Shown: positions 1 to 13,421 of the stretch, in pieces | Position numbering within the stretch: the first letter of the stretch is position 1 | How the letters are laid out: each line of letters begins with the position of its first letter | Origin: Utricularia gibba | Lineage: Eukaryota > Plantae > Magnoliophyta | Assembly: GCA_002189035.1 (NCBI GenBank) | Contig: CM007991.1 | Coordinates: 1,488,001-1,552,000, forward strand | Direction: 5' to 3' | DNA: 64,000 nucleotides | Notes under the pieces: generated by a model | The model's database searches: none | Told to the model about the DNA's origin: nothing | Seen by the model: only the letters and a program-made list of their open reading frames with translations | Position numbers and translations under genes: made by a program

Positions 1-16
1 TAAACTAAGTGTTAAG

Positions 17-2566
17 GAAATCTTGAAAGTAGGCGTGATCAGTGAGGCAGATGTGGTAAACTTGCCTAGTAATTCTGAGGTGGGTGCAAATTGTTTGGTT
101 GAGACAAAAGCATTTGATAAGCTTGTATATGAGACAGTGGTGGAGCATTTGGTCGGGATTAGTGATGAAACCTCTTTGGAAAATGATTTTTTCAAGTGTC
201 TGGATTTGCTATCTGCTCAGGCAATCACGATAACGGATCAAAAGCTGGTGGCTGCGGTAAAACTTCTTTTGGAGGATAAGGTATTGAATGCAAGGAATTA
301 TCCGAGTCCTTCCCCTGGAGATTCCATGGATGCAGTAAATATGTTAACAGAAAATTACACTTCGCTTGTGGAACTCCTACAAGAATTGCACATTTTCTGG
401 CTTAAACGGGCTCTCCCTTGTCTGCGAGCATCTAACTTGCCTCACAGAAAACTAGGAAACACAAAAACCGATGAATATAGTAGCCATAAACACCAAAGGT
501 TCTTCCGAAGCAGATCTTTGGAGAGCTTCCTTCTAGAAAGTGCTGAGTGCAATTCTTCTCTTGCTATGTTGGGGCCAAGTTCAGTTATGACACAGAACTT
601 GAAAACTGATGCTTCTGTCAATGGTGCTTCCTTGCTGTCTTCCTACATGTATGATGAGCAGAAAAATGAGAGGTGCAAATCATTCCGTTTTTCATTTACT
701 GAAATAAAAAGAAGGCTATGGCAGGTACTGGGAAGGGATCAAACAGTTATATCCTCGGTGTATTCTTCGAAATCCCAAAAGAGGAAGAATAGTGGAAAAC
801 AGAAAAACCTTGATTGGAACTCTTCAAATAGGAACCATCTCTATAGTGAAAGATATATCTTATCCACTGGACAAAATGGAGAACAGAATATAGAGTTGAA
901 AGAGAACGGGAATGACACTGCAAGATGTCAAGGGCATGGCATCTTGAGCATATATATCGAGGCCAAGAAACATATCTGTGAGATGTTGAAAGATGTAAAT
1001 GAAGAACCGGATCCAATAATAAAGAAGTTGGCCAAGTCCTCGGTCATGATACTTACTGCTCCTGATCCAGCAGTTGATGAAGTTTTAGGTAGCATGCCAT
1101 TTAGAACAGATGGTGATGATTGTGACGTTGATGTAAGGTCCACTGAAAGCCAATCTGCTGTCCCACATAGAGGCAACGGCAGAACGTTTGCTCTTGAGAT
1201 TCAATTTTCATATCCCGAATATGCAATCCCTCAAGGTAATGCATGTTGAAAAAATTTTAAAATTTGGAGGATAGAAGTCCAAAACCATCTCAAATGTGAT
1301 GCTTGACGGTTGCAGAGATCACAGAAGCAGCCGAGTCAGGGTATGAAGAAGCAGGAAAAATCACTGAGGCAAAATATGAATCATATACTAGTTCAATGGA
1401 TGGAGATTTCCAGCATGAGGACATTAGAGAAGATACATGTGCGGATACTGTTCATCAGACATACCTGAAATCAGTAAGATATAAGTGCTTGATTCTTGTG
1501 AGTTGACGTTAAATATCAGCCCGCACAATGTGGGCATAATGTGCGACAACCCAGCATCATTTGTATCATCGGAGTTTTTTTTGTAGCTCAACAAAATTCT
1601 GTTATATAATTCTGCGTCTTCCTTCGTTTCATATTTTATATTTCTCTGTTATTGATACTGGCAGGAACTTATTGAGAAAGATCAAATATTTTTCTCTCCA
1701 ACAGTTTCAAACTCACACTCTCCTGCTACACATGAAGCAAAAGGTTTTATGTCAGAGCGGCCTAGCCCTGTATCTGTTTTTGAGTCCTTATTCATGGATG
1801 ATACTAGCAGCTCTGCAAGCATTGCATCTGAGCCAGGTTAGATAAACCATGCAGCAATATTTGATCAAAGGATTGTAATTTTATTTAGTTTCATTTTTAG
1901 TTGACGGACGTTTCAATCTGTTTTCACTCAGTAAGGGAAATGAAACCTGACCATTTAAATTTTGAGGAGCAATATCCATCCTATGACCAAGGGAGCTGTA
2001 TGAGAATTTCTATGGAGAATGAGGAATCCCCATTTGAGTATGTGGAGGCTGTGTTGCTGGGATCAGGTTTGGACTGGGATGACTTCCATTTGAGGTGGCT
2101 ATCTTCACATGAGATTCTTGACTCATCTCTATTCGACGAAGTCGAGATATTCTCTAATAGAAGCCGCCATGACCAACACCTTCTCTTTGACTGTGCTAAT
2201 GAAGCTTTAATGGGTGTGTGTGACATTTACTTTGGCAAGGAGTTCATCCAACCACTTCCTGATTCCATGTATCTTATTGACGAGATATGGAGGTGGATCG
2301 AATGGCATCTTATTCTTCACACACAATCCAATTCTATGGACAGGCTTGTCCAAATGGACTTGGCAAGAAGTGGGAAATGGATGAACCTCCATCGAGATAT
2401 CAAGCTTATCAGCTTTGAGATACAGATAATCATCTTGGATGAATTAATGGAAGAAACCACACTCAGCTTTCTAGAGGTGAGTTCAGAAAATGAACTTGTA
2501 GAATCTGTAACTACCTTAGATGATGATAAGCCAGTATTTGGGAGTGACTCATCTTCAACTAAGTAG
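17..2566 (+). CDS. TRM/LONGIFOLIA-like DUF4378 protein, 5'-truncated by the window edge
   Basis: Long ORF at 23-1249. An exon near 1656-1836 encodes the TRM-type motif ERPSPVSVFE. The last exon (about 1932-2566) encodes EYVEAVLLGSGL...LLFDCANEAL...MDLARSGKWM...ILDELMEE (DUF4378). GT-AG junctions join these pieces. Confidence 0.85.
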
Positions 2567-3330
2567 AGATGATGTGGCCCTCATCAGTCTTTTTTTTTTT
2601 CTGCCATTGCGGCTGTTTATTAAGCTCAGAAGCATTTGTTATCATGCTCTCCACTGAGCTTTGCATTCGTGGTGTCTTGATTGGAAATAATGTTTCATGA
2701 TTGTTTTCTTTGTGGAATTCCGGATAGAATAAAAGGAGAAGAAGCATGACAGGTGATCAATCTTATGGATACAAAGTTGTTGATGTGCTTATGGAGTGAC
2801 TGCTTGTGTGGTTTGTTTTGCACACCATTAAATGTAACTGCAACAGAGTTGATAATGAGTATGCAGTTCATTTGACGTTATAATTTGTTTTTGCTACCCA
2901 GGTTTTTTCACCAGCATGTAACTAATGTTTTCGATTCCAATTTATCACCCCTTCATAGGCTGTTGGGGACTGCTCTCTCACACTAAAATCCTCATCAAAG
3001 ATTGAGTTCCTTCATGTACATGGTTTTATTTCAATTCAGGTACATCATACGTAGTCTCCAACAATGCAGGTTACTGTGAACAAGGATTCATAAACCATAT
3101 TCATGGTTTTAAATATTGACACCAGGGAAGGATGAAGAAAGGAAGAGTTTGATGAGTAGTAACTTGCAGTTTCTGAATCATGCAAAGAATTTGAAGAACA
3201 TGGGAATAAAAATTCCATGGACTGTTTTTTACTCTCTAACTTTTAAACACCGAAGAATAGTAAGTACATAGTTCATATCCACACCTCCAAAAATGCAAAG
3301 TTACAGTTGATTTCGATACCTACAAAAAGT

Positions 3331-4946
3331 CTAATCTTTTGGCATCGTGCATCTTCGGATCGATCTCCTTACAATGGACGGAGCCTCATAGTTCATAGCT
3401 TGTAGTCTGGACATTGTGTCCAACAGGGATTGTTTCAAAGCAGAGCTCGTGGCATGCAGAGGAAAATTCCATCCTTCCTGCTGAGGAATATATGTATCCG
3501 TACTAAGGAAGCTGCCTGTTTTCAAGTAGATATCAACGTCATATTTTTCTAATGGCCTATAGCATAGGCCACTGTAAGGAGGCTCTGATGAGTTTGTTGC
3601 TACATCACTATGAGGAATAGTGTCTCTGTGATCTCGCAAGGCCTGATCAGTTCTTTGAGGAGAGGAGTTGATGCTGCATGGTCTGTCCTGAGGACCATGA
3701 GAACTGCCTTGTTCATGTAAAGAAGGATTTTCCAGAATTGGAAGACCGGTGTTTTCATGAGGCAAATCAGGGAAACAAGCAGATTCATGGTTGCCTTGTG
3801 AAGAATAAAGATCTGAATGGTGGTTCAAAGCAGCTCCACTAGACAAATGATGATCCAGCTTTCTTTTCACAGAGCAATTCCAGTGGTTCTTTACTGAGTT
3901 GTCTGTCCTGAAAGTTTGTATCTATGAGCCATTTTCATCAATGGCTTCCCTCTTAGAAAAACAGTGGAAGTAGGATACTTGCCTTCCTGGTAAGAGCTTA
4001 GCAATCTCAGACCACTTGTTGCCATATGAGCCATGTGCTTTTATCAGAATGTCTTCCTCTTCTCTTGTCCATGGCGCCTTGACTATGTCTGGTTTTAAAT
4101 GGTTGCACCACCTTGCCAAACAAAACCAAGAAAAAGCCGTAAACAATGATATTCGGACAACCACATGCTGATCTCAGGGAATTCTTCTTTTACCTCTCCC
4201 TGCACTGCTTCCCAATTCTACCAGGAAGATGTTTTGCAATTTCAGACCATCTGCTGTTTCCATTCTTTTGCACTAACTCAATCAGAAGATCATCCTCCTG
4301 AAAACAGAACACATTCTCACTGTTCAGAGTTCGAGTCCAACTGATGGAGTTGCTAAAGAAGGGATCTCCGGAAGAAACAAACCTCTTTGCTCCATGGTCC
4401 CTTGACAAGAGAAGGATTCAGTACATTCTCGTAACGATGCAAGCATTGCACTTCCGTTCGACCGGGGAGACAAGAAGCTGTAAAGCGCATCATCTCAGCA
4501 CAGGCCTAATCTCACCAACTGAATAACTACTATCAAAACAGGTCAGATATGAAGAACTTGCCAATCCTTTTCCATCCCCTCGTCTGTCCCTGCAGCCTTT
4601 GAGTTTCAACAGCTTCTCTTAAAATGGCGTCCTGATACAGAGTACAGAAACCATGCAATGCATATTAGATGAATCAAACAATCCAATACAATCACTGCAG
4701 CAACTCCAAAACCTTCCCCTACAGTCAAAGGTAACACTTTTGGAAACAGAAACAAGTACACATTTACAAGAACTCAACCTCTTCCGCCGTCCATCTTCCC
4801 CGGGAGGATCTTCTCGCAGGACCTCGAACTCTTCTTAAATCAATGCAAACATAAAATCATCAAACCCCATTAACAAAAACACCCCAAAGAACACTAAATA
4901 AAACTAACTCATGATTTGCGTCCAAAGGCTCAGTTTTCCCAGCCAT
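3331..4946 (-). CDS. MYB3R: Three-repeat MYB (MYB3R) transcription factor, short C-terminal type
   Basis: Spliced reading: MAGKTEPLDANHE/RVRGPARRSSRGRWTAEE/DAILREAV...GWKRI/ASCLPGRTEVQCLHRYENVLNPSLVKGPWSKE/EDDLLIELVQKNGNSRWSEIAKHLPGRIGKQCRER/WCNHLKPDIVKAPWTREEE...LPG/RTDNSVKNHWNCSVKRK. Three MYB repeats are present; the stop is at 3331. Confidence 0.9.
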
Positions 4947-4988
4947 TCTTCTACTGGAAAAAACCCATGTAAACGTCAAGCAAAGAGT

Positions 4989-5218
4989 CCGTTCTTTGAA
5001 TCAGAAACAGAGCAACGGTAACATGACTCTTAGAAAACCATAGAAAGGATGCTGATATTTATGGAAAGATAAGATAAAATACAGGGTTATACGGGAAGGA
5101 TACGTAAATCTACCGGGAATCTCCAGAAAAAGATTTTTCAATTACAAGGCTTCGATTTGAGTTGAGAAGATCAACCTGAGAGCCAGTTGCTTCCCGGGAA
5201 ACACAGTTGGTTTAACGG
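4989..5218. promoter_or_regulatory. Three AACGG (MSA-core) motifs upstream of the MYB3R start
   Basis: CCGTT at 4989-4993, AACGG at 5014-5018 and AACGG at 5214-5218. CAGTTG MYB cores lie near 5184 and 5204. Confidence 0.35.
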
Positions 5219-6656
5219 ATTCATTTTTTAAGGTGTGTTGGACGATATTGACCTTGCTTCCGATAAGATACGAATATATTCATATACAATACTAATATAT
5301 TAATGATTAAATCATATTGTATTTGGATATAAGATAAGATATCTAAATGATTTAGATATCTCGTATTTGGATATTCTAAAATTAAATCATATTTTCTCAT
5401 TCATATGGTTCACATTATGCAGAATACCGCAACTCTCAATTATGTGAATCGAATATTATATCAAAAATATAATATTAAAATCCTTACAAATCCAGATTTT
5501 TACTATCCAAAACACACTATCTCAACTAGATTTTACTTTTGAAAAATGTTTTAAATTAATTTTATTATTAAACATAAATAATTTATATTGTAAAAGAATT
5601 CTATATTTAAAATTATTTCTTATTTTCAGAGAAAATCAACTGAAATAATTGTCGAAAATTGTCAGAGAAAAATTAAACACTTTCTCCGGATTTTTTTGGG
5701 TGTGTTTATGAGAAAAATATGGATGATTTTGCATGGCAACTTCTACAAAGATGATGAAAGTCACAGTTATCTCTGGACTCTGGGGAGGGCCTCTGCCGCG
5801 CGGGAATCCACCCGATCAAGGAAAACACCCACGTCGTCGTAAAAAATCGACTAGCTTACTTCCGGCTGCACCCGTGATTCGAACGGCGGCAGATTCCTAC
5901 AATGGGCCGAGAAGATGGTTCGGGAACTCAGCGCCGCTCGGGCTCTATCCCCGTGGAAGTCTGCAGGAGTGTTATATGTGATTCTTGAGTTACAGTCCGA
6001 GAGATGGTGGTGGTTACCGGAAGGTGATCGGAAGTGGCGATGGTTCAGTGGGGGATGAGTAGCGGTGGCAAAATGCCTCTGGTTGGCTACCGGCGGCCGC
6101 GGGTTTCCGATGAATTACGGTCAGAGAAGCATATTGTTTTTCTTTTTCTTTTTTTGAAGAAAATAAAGAAATATAAATACAATTAATCCGTAACAAAACT
6201 CAAAAACGGAAATAAGAAATGTCATCCATGGGAACCGATGACGAATTCCAGAGAGCGATAAGCTGTTCGATACACTCTTGTTCAATTTGATTTCGCGCTT
6301 GAATATCTATAGCTGATAAGAGGTGCGTTGGCTCCTGTTGTCTTCCTCCCAACGTGTCAAGTTGGATCGCTCTGTTTGCTGCTTAGTGTTGGTTAGCCCT
6401 GTTCTGTTTGTATGATTTCGTTCTTGCCCAAGTTTTTTATTGTTTATGTTTTTTTCATAACATTTACGACAAGAACGATTAAAAGTTCACGGGAAAGAAC
6501 GAATCTTTTGATGATTCAGATTTTCAGCCCATTTAGGTCAGGATTTGAATTGGGGGTTTTACCCAGGTCATAATTTTCAGCATTTTTGGTGATCAGGATT
6601 CAAGGTTTCTCCCACATTTTGTCAGCTGATTCTGTAAACCGCTGAAAGCTAGCAAA

Positions 6657-8275
6657 ATGGATGATCGGGATGTAGGGATATCTTTTGATTTCTTGAGATA
6701 CATCGAAATTGATGTGTGCATACACATTATGAGTTTCATTGATGATCCTGCTGATCTTGTTCGTGCGAGTGCAGTCTCACGATCATGGCGCCAATTTGGT
6801 GAGTTTTGAAGCTTGAAAATACATTCTTGGAGAGTAGTGATTTACATTCTTGCAGTCTCATGATCTTGGTTACCTCCTTGAATCTGGAGACTGCACTTTG
6901 CTAGTTTTACGTTGCTGATTTTGAGTTAGTGTTATTCATCTTAATTAGCATTTTATTTGTAACCGAAGGCTTATACTCTGATTTCCCATTTCAGTGGTTA
7001 AACACAAGTTTGCAAAAAGGTTGTGTGTAAGTTCCTTTCCTCTAATCTCCAGCATTTCACGAATACACATAGTCAGAGGCGATACAAGTTTTTCAGTGGA
7101 CGATTGCATGGATTGGGTATTTCTTGTGAGGCAACAGGAGGTCTACTCATCTTTACTTCATGCTTTGACTAAGTCGAAGGCATCAACTAGAGACTGCATT
7201 GAAGATGCCATAAGTGCCTCTAGCACGGACAATTATCCCGATGAGAGTGTTGTCAACACTTTGAATCCAAGGGAGAGATTTATTCACCGAGCATCATATT
7301 GGTCAAGTAAAGGGAAAAGAGATCCAGAAACACCAGAGACTTTAATATATAAAGTTCGAAATGGCATTTGGGTTATTTCCGAAATTGATATTCAACCATT
7401 CGAAGGTATATTCAATATTTCTTCAATATACATCTCGTGCTTATCAATAGTTTTACAACGTATTGCCTCTTCAGCATTTTTCCAGCCAGGCCGCCCAATA
7501 TACTCTTCAAGATTTGTGAGATTCCGCATCGGTTCTCTGAAGCCTATGTACACTGAAAGTGATCTCAAAACTCTGCCACTACCGAGACCTGCTGATGACA
7601 TGTTCGTATGGTCTTATATGTCACCTGTGTATTCGATGGCTAAGGTCATATTTCTATGTTAACTTACGATATAGCCAATGTTTTTCCCCGTCATTATCAT
7701 GGAGAAACATCAACTTCAATATCTCAATCTACCCCAATTGTACTGGTTTTCAGTATTTCACATTGTACTTCACAGTGTCGATATTTGGTTTTTCTGTTCA
7801 GGAAAATCGGCTGCAGCCATTCGTGTTGCCAGAACCCATTCCATGTGTTGGTGGGATTGTTCAGGTCGAGTTGTTAGGTCGAGTTCAAAGACAGGAAATG
7901 GATAACCTTTTTTATATTTGGTTAGTAAGATACCCCTTAAGCTTCTTACAAGATTGCTTATCCTATCATCCTCTCATGATTCATTCTGTTTGCAGCGTTT
8001 GCCATGTTCGGGTAATGGGACGACCCCTTCATCCAGCCTTCAACGTAGAACTGGAATCTGATGGAAAACTCTCGCTCAAGTACTACCCTGAGAAACTTGT
8101 CTCTGTTATGGAGAACATCCCGAGCGTCGACAACCCTAACCGGGAGATGATATGGGAGCGGTTCGGAATGCTCCAGGACCTGCTGCGCGGGATAGATGGA
8201 GGCGACAACCGGTGGCAAGCAGAACTGGCAGAAATTGATGATGATATTGATGAGGAGGAGGATGATCTTGTGTGA
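6657..8275 (+). CDS. F-box protein, At4g00755-like
   Basis: Exon 1 reads MDDRDVGISFDFLRYIEIDVCIHIMSFIDDPADLVRASAVSRSWRQF (F-box). Later exons include ISASSTDNYPDESVVNTL, SYWSSKG, IDIQPFE, AFFQPGRPIYS, QENRLQPFVLPEP and VELLGRVQRQEMDNLFYI. The C-terminus is acidic. Confidence 0.9.
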
Positions 8276-8728
8276 AAGGTTATGGAGGCATTATCAGATT
8301 CATGGATGTGTGATGAGTCACGATGATGTTGTATCTGAATCTTTTGTATGTTGGGGTTGAAACATTTGTTCATCTTTTACCTCTAATCCTAAAAAAGTAG
8401 ATCAAGCAGCTAGCAGTGGCTGGTAACATATTTCATAGGATGGAGATTGTATATTTAATAATTTTGATGCAGAAATGCCATGTTTCATAATTTACTTTCA
8501 ACAGACAAAAAACTATCCATGCAACTTGAAGAAAATTGGTTTTTCGTTTCATGGAAATTGCTTTGTCCATGCAACTGTGAGCTGTTTGTGTTGTCTGGAT
8601 TTCTCCAAGTGCACTGTGATGACACTTCTGTTGCATTTATAATGGATGTTTGTTCATAATACAGCGTGGGGCTGCAAAGCAGCCTGATACAAATAGAAGG
8701 AAGACAGGAACTTTCTACTGGATGCTTG

Positions 8729-11700
8729 TTAAATGGTGAGATTCTCCTGTATAGCAAGGAATGATCCGATGGTGTTTCCTCCAACATCTGGGAATGTTTC
8801 GCACCCCGGTAGTGGCTTGACTTTCCCCGTTCGATCGACGTCAACAGGGTATTTCAGCAGATGTGCACTCATTTCTGTCACCTCAGGGGACACATACTGT
8901 TTCCAGTTGGCTTCGGCGAGGGACCTCACACGCCGGACGCACTCTACTGACTCTGGTCTGGTGAAGCTTTCTTCCAGGAATCCAAGGTGCTCTGCCCACA
9001 ACGACATTCGGTATCCATAGACCTGTTATGCCAAAAGCTTTGAGTTCAGAGCTCATCTCACAGCCATAATAAGCCAGTACAGAGAAACGCTCAAGTTGAT
9101 AGAGAGGTTCAGCTTGTTCTGCCAGCACCATATTCTGTGCCCTCAGATTTCACCTGAGGGCGGTAGCACTGCTCCTCAGTTAAATCGGCTGGCAGACAGA
9201 ACAAGCGTATGTAATAATTTATGCTTTTGCAAAGATGAGTACCACTAGACATTATGGCCCCGGTATCCAGACTACATACATGCCAAGCAGATTTTTTCCA
9301 GGCTTACCTCTCCTTGAGGGCTTGATAGTCTCCTTCCCCAAGTGTGGTAAGGTTGATATGCCCCATGGCGATCTCCGTGTCTCTACTTCCCTCCATGGAG
9401 CGTTCATTGATGTTTGCTGATCCCACAATCACAAACTCATCATCAACAATCATCCCTTTGGAATGGATGTATATCATGAATCTTCTGTTTTTCCGGCTGT
9501 GTCCCTGAATTTAATAGATCAAAAAAACAGCTCGCAAACAAGGGAATTCATTACACTCTATTCTCGAACAAAAAAGCATGAAAAAGGTGAAGTACTTGAG
9601 GATTGCATGCTGGAGGGTGACTCCCAGGCACATCAGATGCTTCACGGTTTCCCAGGCAAAAGAAGTTCAAATAATCTTGTGGCGAGTATGCATCCTCAAG
9701 TCCAACCTCGACCAAGGCTTTGTAAATAGTTTCGTACATCATTTGCATTGTCTTGTGCTGGAGAGAAAACGCTATTACACACTAAAGGTAATATTTCTGG
9801 AATATGAGTAAAGGACCAAATGTGACACAAACCTGCCAAAATAAAATTCTCTGAGTCGCAGCACCAGTGGGATTGCCTTCTGGCCACATCGGAATAAGAA
9901 TATAAGCAGCAAACCTCTCATGGGCTCTGATCTTCTGTGCTATCTTCAGAGCGATTTCCATTGGGATCAGATTATTAGCACCTGCAAGGAAAAAATCGAG
10001 TTGCTAAACAGAAAGGCAACGATTTCTAAGAATTTGAGAACCAGGTACGAGATAGCTTATGCTAATTGTACAAAATGAAAAAAGAAGCTGTTATTTTACC
10101 GAGGTCCTTGTTTTGATTCCAGTTAAATGAGGACCCAATGAAGTACTGGTTCTCAATATATATGAAGTGTTGTGCAGCACGTATGGCTTTTATATATGCA
10201 GTATGTATGCTTGTGTCTATACGAACATTCTTCCCGCATACCAAATTCTGCAATGATACAACAACTATACATCAAGATAATAGCCTATCAAAGAAACAGA
10301 TTGTCAATGACAAGTTTTCTTAGCACACCTGCTTTGTAGCTTCTTTTGGATCCTTGGGAAAGCCTTTGACAGAATTTGAATCAATGGACCGAAACACCTG
10401 CACAATATATCAACACAAACGCATTCTCAAATTAGCATTGTCTAATGTAGATCTCCAAGACTTTGCCAGAGGTCACATATATTGGATATTCTTTTAAAGA
10501 AAACAGTGGGAGGATCTACTTGTACGGCTAGGAATGTAAATTATCGATCCAGTTTACATTATAAAAACGAAAATCAAAGGGTAGATAAAAGACATATAGG
10601 AGGTTACTTGGACATGCCATCCATCTGGATCATCATCATTAACAGAATGTGCGTCAGAGGAACTCAACATCTCAGGCATTCTCTCAATTCTTAGCAAAGA
10701 GTCGTCATAAGAACTCTTCAGTTTCTTGATGCCATGGGGCTTTGAAGCCTTGAGCCACCTTTCTTCAAAATTAGTCAGGACATCATATGCAGCAGGCCCG
10801 TCAATTTTACAATGCAAATCATGCCATGGTTGTCTAGGACAGCCAGCAGTATCACCCTGTTCAAGATATTAGCATAATATGAAGTTCTGCATATCCATGG
10901 AGAAAAAAGAAATAAAAACTGAACAGGAAAAAAAACATCGATAAGAAAGCTTTAGACAGGATTACCACATAAGTTGGATTGTGATAGTCATCAGCATGTA
11001 AGGTTTGAAGCGTTCTAAACAATGGGTGCTCAGGAGTATCATACCGCCCATCACACAAATCAAGTCCGCCCACAAAAGAAACTATTCTTCTTCGGTTATA
11101 ACCAGCATCAACATCGACTATCACTGTTTTCTGATGATGCGTATAAATTGTTCCAACTTCCTAAAAAATACAACCGTATCCACAGAAAGGCAAAATGAAT
11201 CCAGTCTCTGTCAATCTCCTTCTAAAATCTAAACAAGATAGGAAAATGAAAGATTCCATCTGATATCATACCTTCTGCTTCACCCAGCTATGGCGCTTTC
11301 CAGCTACTCGAGGACAAAGCAACACTCGAACAGAAGAATGCTTAAAAACCGACGGGTTTCTTCGTCATGAGTTTGCATGACACCATCCTGCATGTTCATA
11401 ATTAATGATAAGAATCCACGCAAAAACAAGGAAAAAAGGTAAAAATGGTGATGAAGAAATTTCTTTAGCACTAGAGGTGTTAACCAAAGTTTCACTGTGC
11501 ACCACCAAGCTTACAAATGCAAACAAGCAACAAAAAAAAAGGAAACAGGGCAAGAAACAGGCCTTTAAGTGATGACTCAAAATGAAATGCAGAAAGGGAA
11601 ACTTTGAAACGTACATTTAATGAAGATAGGCAGATCAGATTCAAAAATTATATGGAAAAGTACTTTCAGAGGAACCATAGAGTTACCGATTTGTAACCAA

Positions 11701-13421
11701 GTATGCTTCTTGATGTAGGATCATCCCAAACAAGAAGAAGTACTCTTACTCCTTCCTGTGACTTTCTCTTTAAAAGCTCACCCAGACTGCAAGCAGACAA
11801 AGATTTATCATCTCTAACAAGTCTAACCTTGTGCCACACTGACCAGCCAGTTAAATAGATCAACCGTCTAGCGTTTCCTATAGCATCAAAAATATCATGC
11901 CAACACTGTCCATGAACATATCGATTCCCATTTCCAAGCTTCAGAGTTGGAAGGCTACCATCGGGAACATGAGCATCTTGGTAAAGCGTAACCCTTCCGC
12001 CTTTCCTAAGAGGAAAGTATGTCCCAGGAACACCCTCATATATAGGCCCGCTCCAATTCCATCGTGGTACATCCTCAAAAGTTCAATTGGATTATATTGA
12101 ACTGATACATTCAAAACTGCTCCAGCCTTGCAAGGCTTACCAGATGAATTAAGAATAGGAAAAGTGCCTTCAACTTTTTCTCCCCATATATTTTCTCAAC
12201 TGGGATAGATACTGTCCCTATAATCTGTGACCCTAGTACATCGTTATCCTTCACGACAAACTTCAGTTCTGCAGCGGAATGAGCTACAGGAACGACGAAG
12301 TTCTGCATCCAACGCGGATTCTCGTTGTTCCTTATGACATAAGTCCTTGCTATAGTAGCACCTGCTATTGTTGTGGCGACATACGGATCACTCGTATTCT
12401 GGCGTGAAATTTCTCCTTCAATTTTACTGGTCACGCTACCAGGAAATCTGTTGAAAACATCTTCCATCGTTTTGTGGAACATATCCATATTTGGGAGGTT
12501 TCTGGCCTCATTGACCCAAATATCTAGGTTTCCATGCAAGAGCAACACCCTTAACGATGTTCCAGAAGAAGAAACTGGGACAACTTGCATGCTTCCATTG
12601 TATGGAACAATAGCCTGCATTGCCACATTTCCTGATTCCGAGCCTGAAAATGAGTTACTTGAAGGGTATATAAAGTCCCTGAATCATCAAGTTTATCAGT
12701 CCTTGGCAATGGTCCTGAGTGATAATTATGTCCTCCCAAAGTCGATACATGGGCAGGAGGTGAAGCTGGTGCAGAGGCATCAGACAAACTCAAATTTGAT
12801 AAACCATCAGTGGGTGGATACATAGAAGGGTGTTCCCTGCCACCTAAATGATATGGATGCGGCGACGAATCACTGACAGAAGACAAACTATCTTGGTGAC
12901 TGAGATGGCTGTTCACTGGGAATTGATGGAAAGAGCCAAAGCGGGAACTGCCGAATGAGTCAAGTGTAGGCTGTGCAGCAGAAGGAAAAGGAGGTGTTGC
13001 TGAGTGCCCATGTTGAACATCTGGGCCTCAAATCTTTCAGATAGCTGATGAGTCAGGGGATGTGGAGAGCCATAGTGGGAACTTCCCAATGTTTGTAATG
13101 TAGGCTGTGTAGAGGCTGCAAATGGAGGAGGTTGAGCGGTGTATCCATGATATTGGTAGCTGTAATCTGCTTGAGAAGTGGGAGGAATAGTAGGACCTGG
13201 ATAAGGATTTGAATAAGGATAATTCAAAGGCGGGGGCTGCAAAGGTGGCGAATAATAAGGTGCTGAGTGTAACCTTGGGTACTAGAAGCCGGTGGAGGAT
13301 AATTTGGCCGAAGCTCTGCATTCGGAGGTGGGTAAAGATTCGACTGCGGAGGAACATGAGGGTAGCTATAACGAGGATAATAGGGGTATTGGTGTGGAGG
13401 ATAATTACTGTTGTTCTCCAT
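8729..13421 (-). CDS. PLDbeta: Phospholipase D beta/gamma class with Pro/Tyr-rich N-terminal extension, C2 domain and two HKD motifs; five -1 homopolymer frameshifts as read
   Basis: Starts [15 protein letters not shown] at 13421. C2 domain [20 protein letters not shown]...SDPYV; HKD1 HQKTVIVD (about 11120-11140); HKD2 HSKGMIVD (about 9440-9465); C-terminus [12 protein letters not shown]. Frameshifts lie near 13260, 13007, 12664, 12183 and 11346. Confidence 0.93.

Noticed and set aside
5733-6196. GC-rich island with short ORFs between MYB3R and the F-box gene
   Set aside because: It has no signal peptide or known peptide-hormone motif. It is more simply promoter or 5' UTR sequence of the divergent pair.
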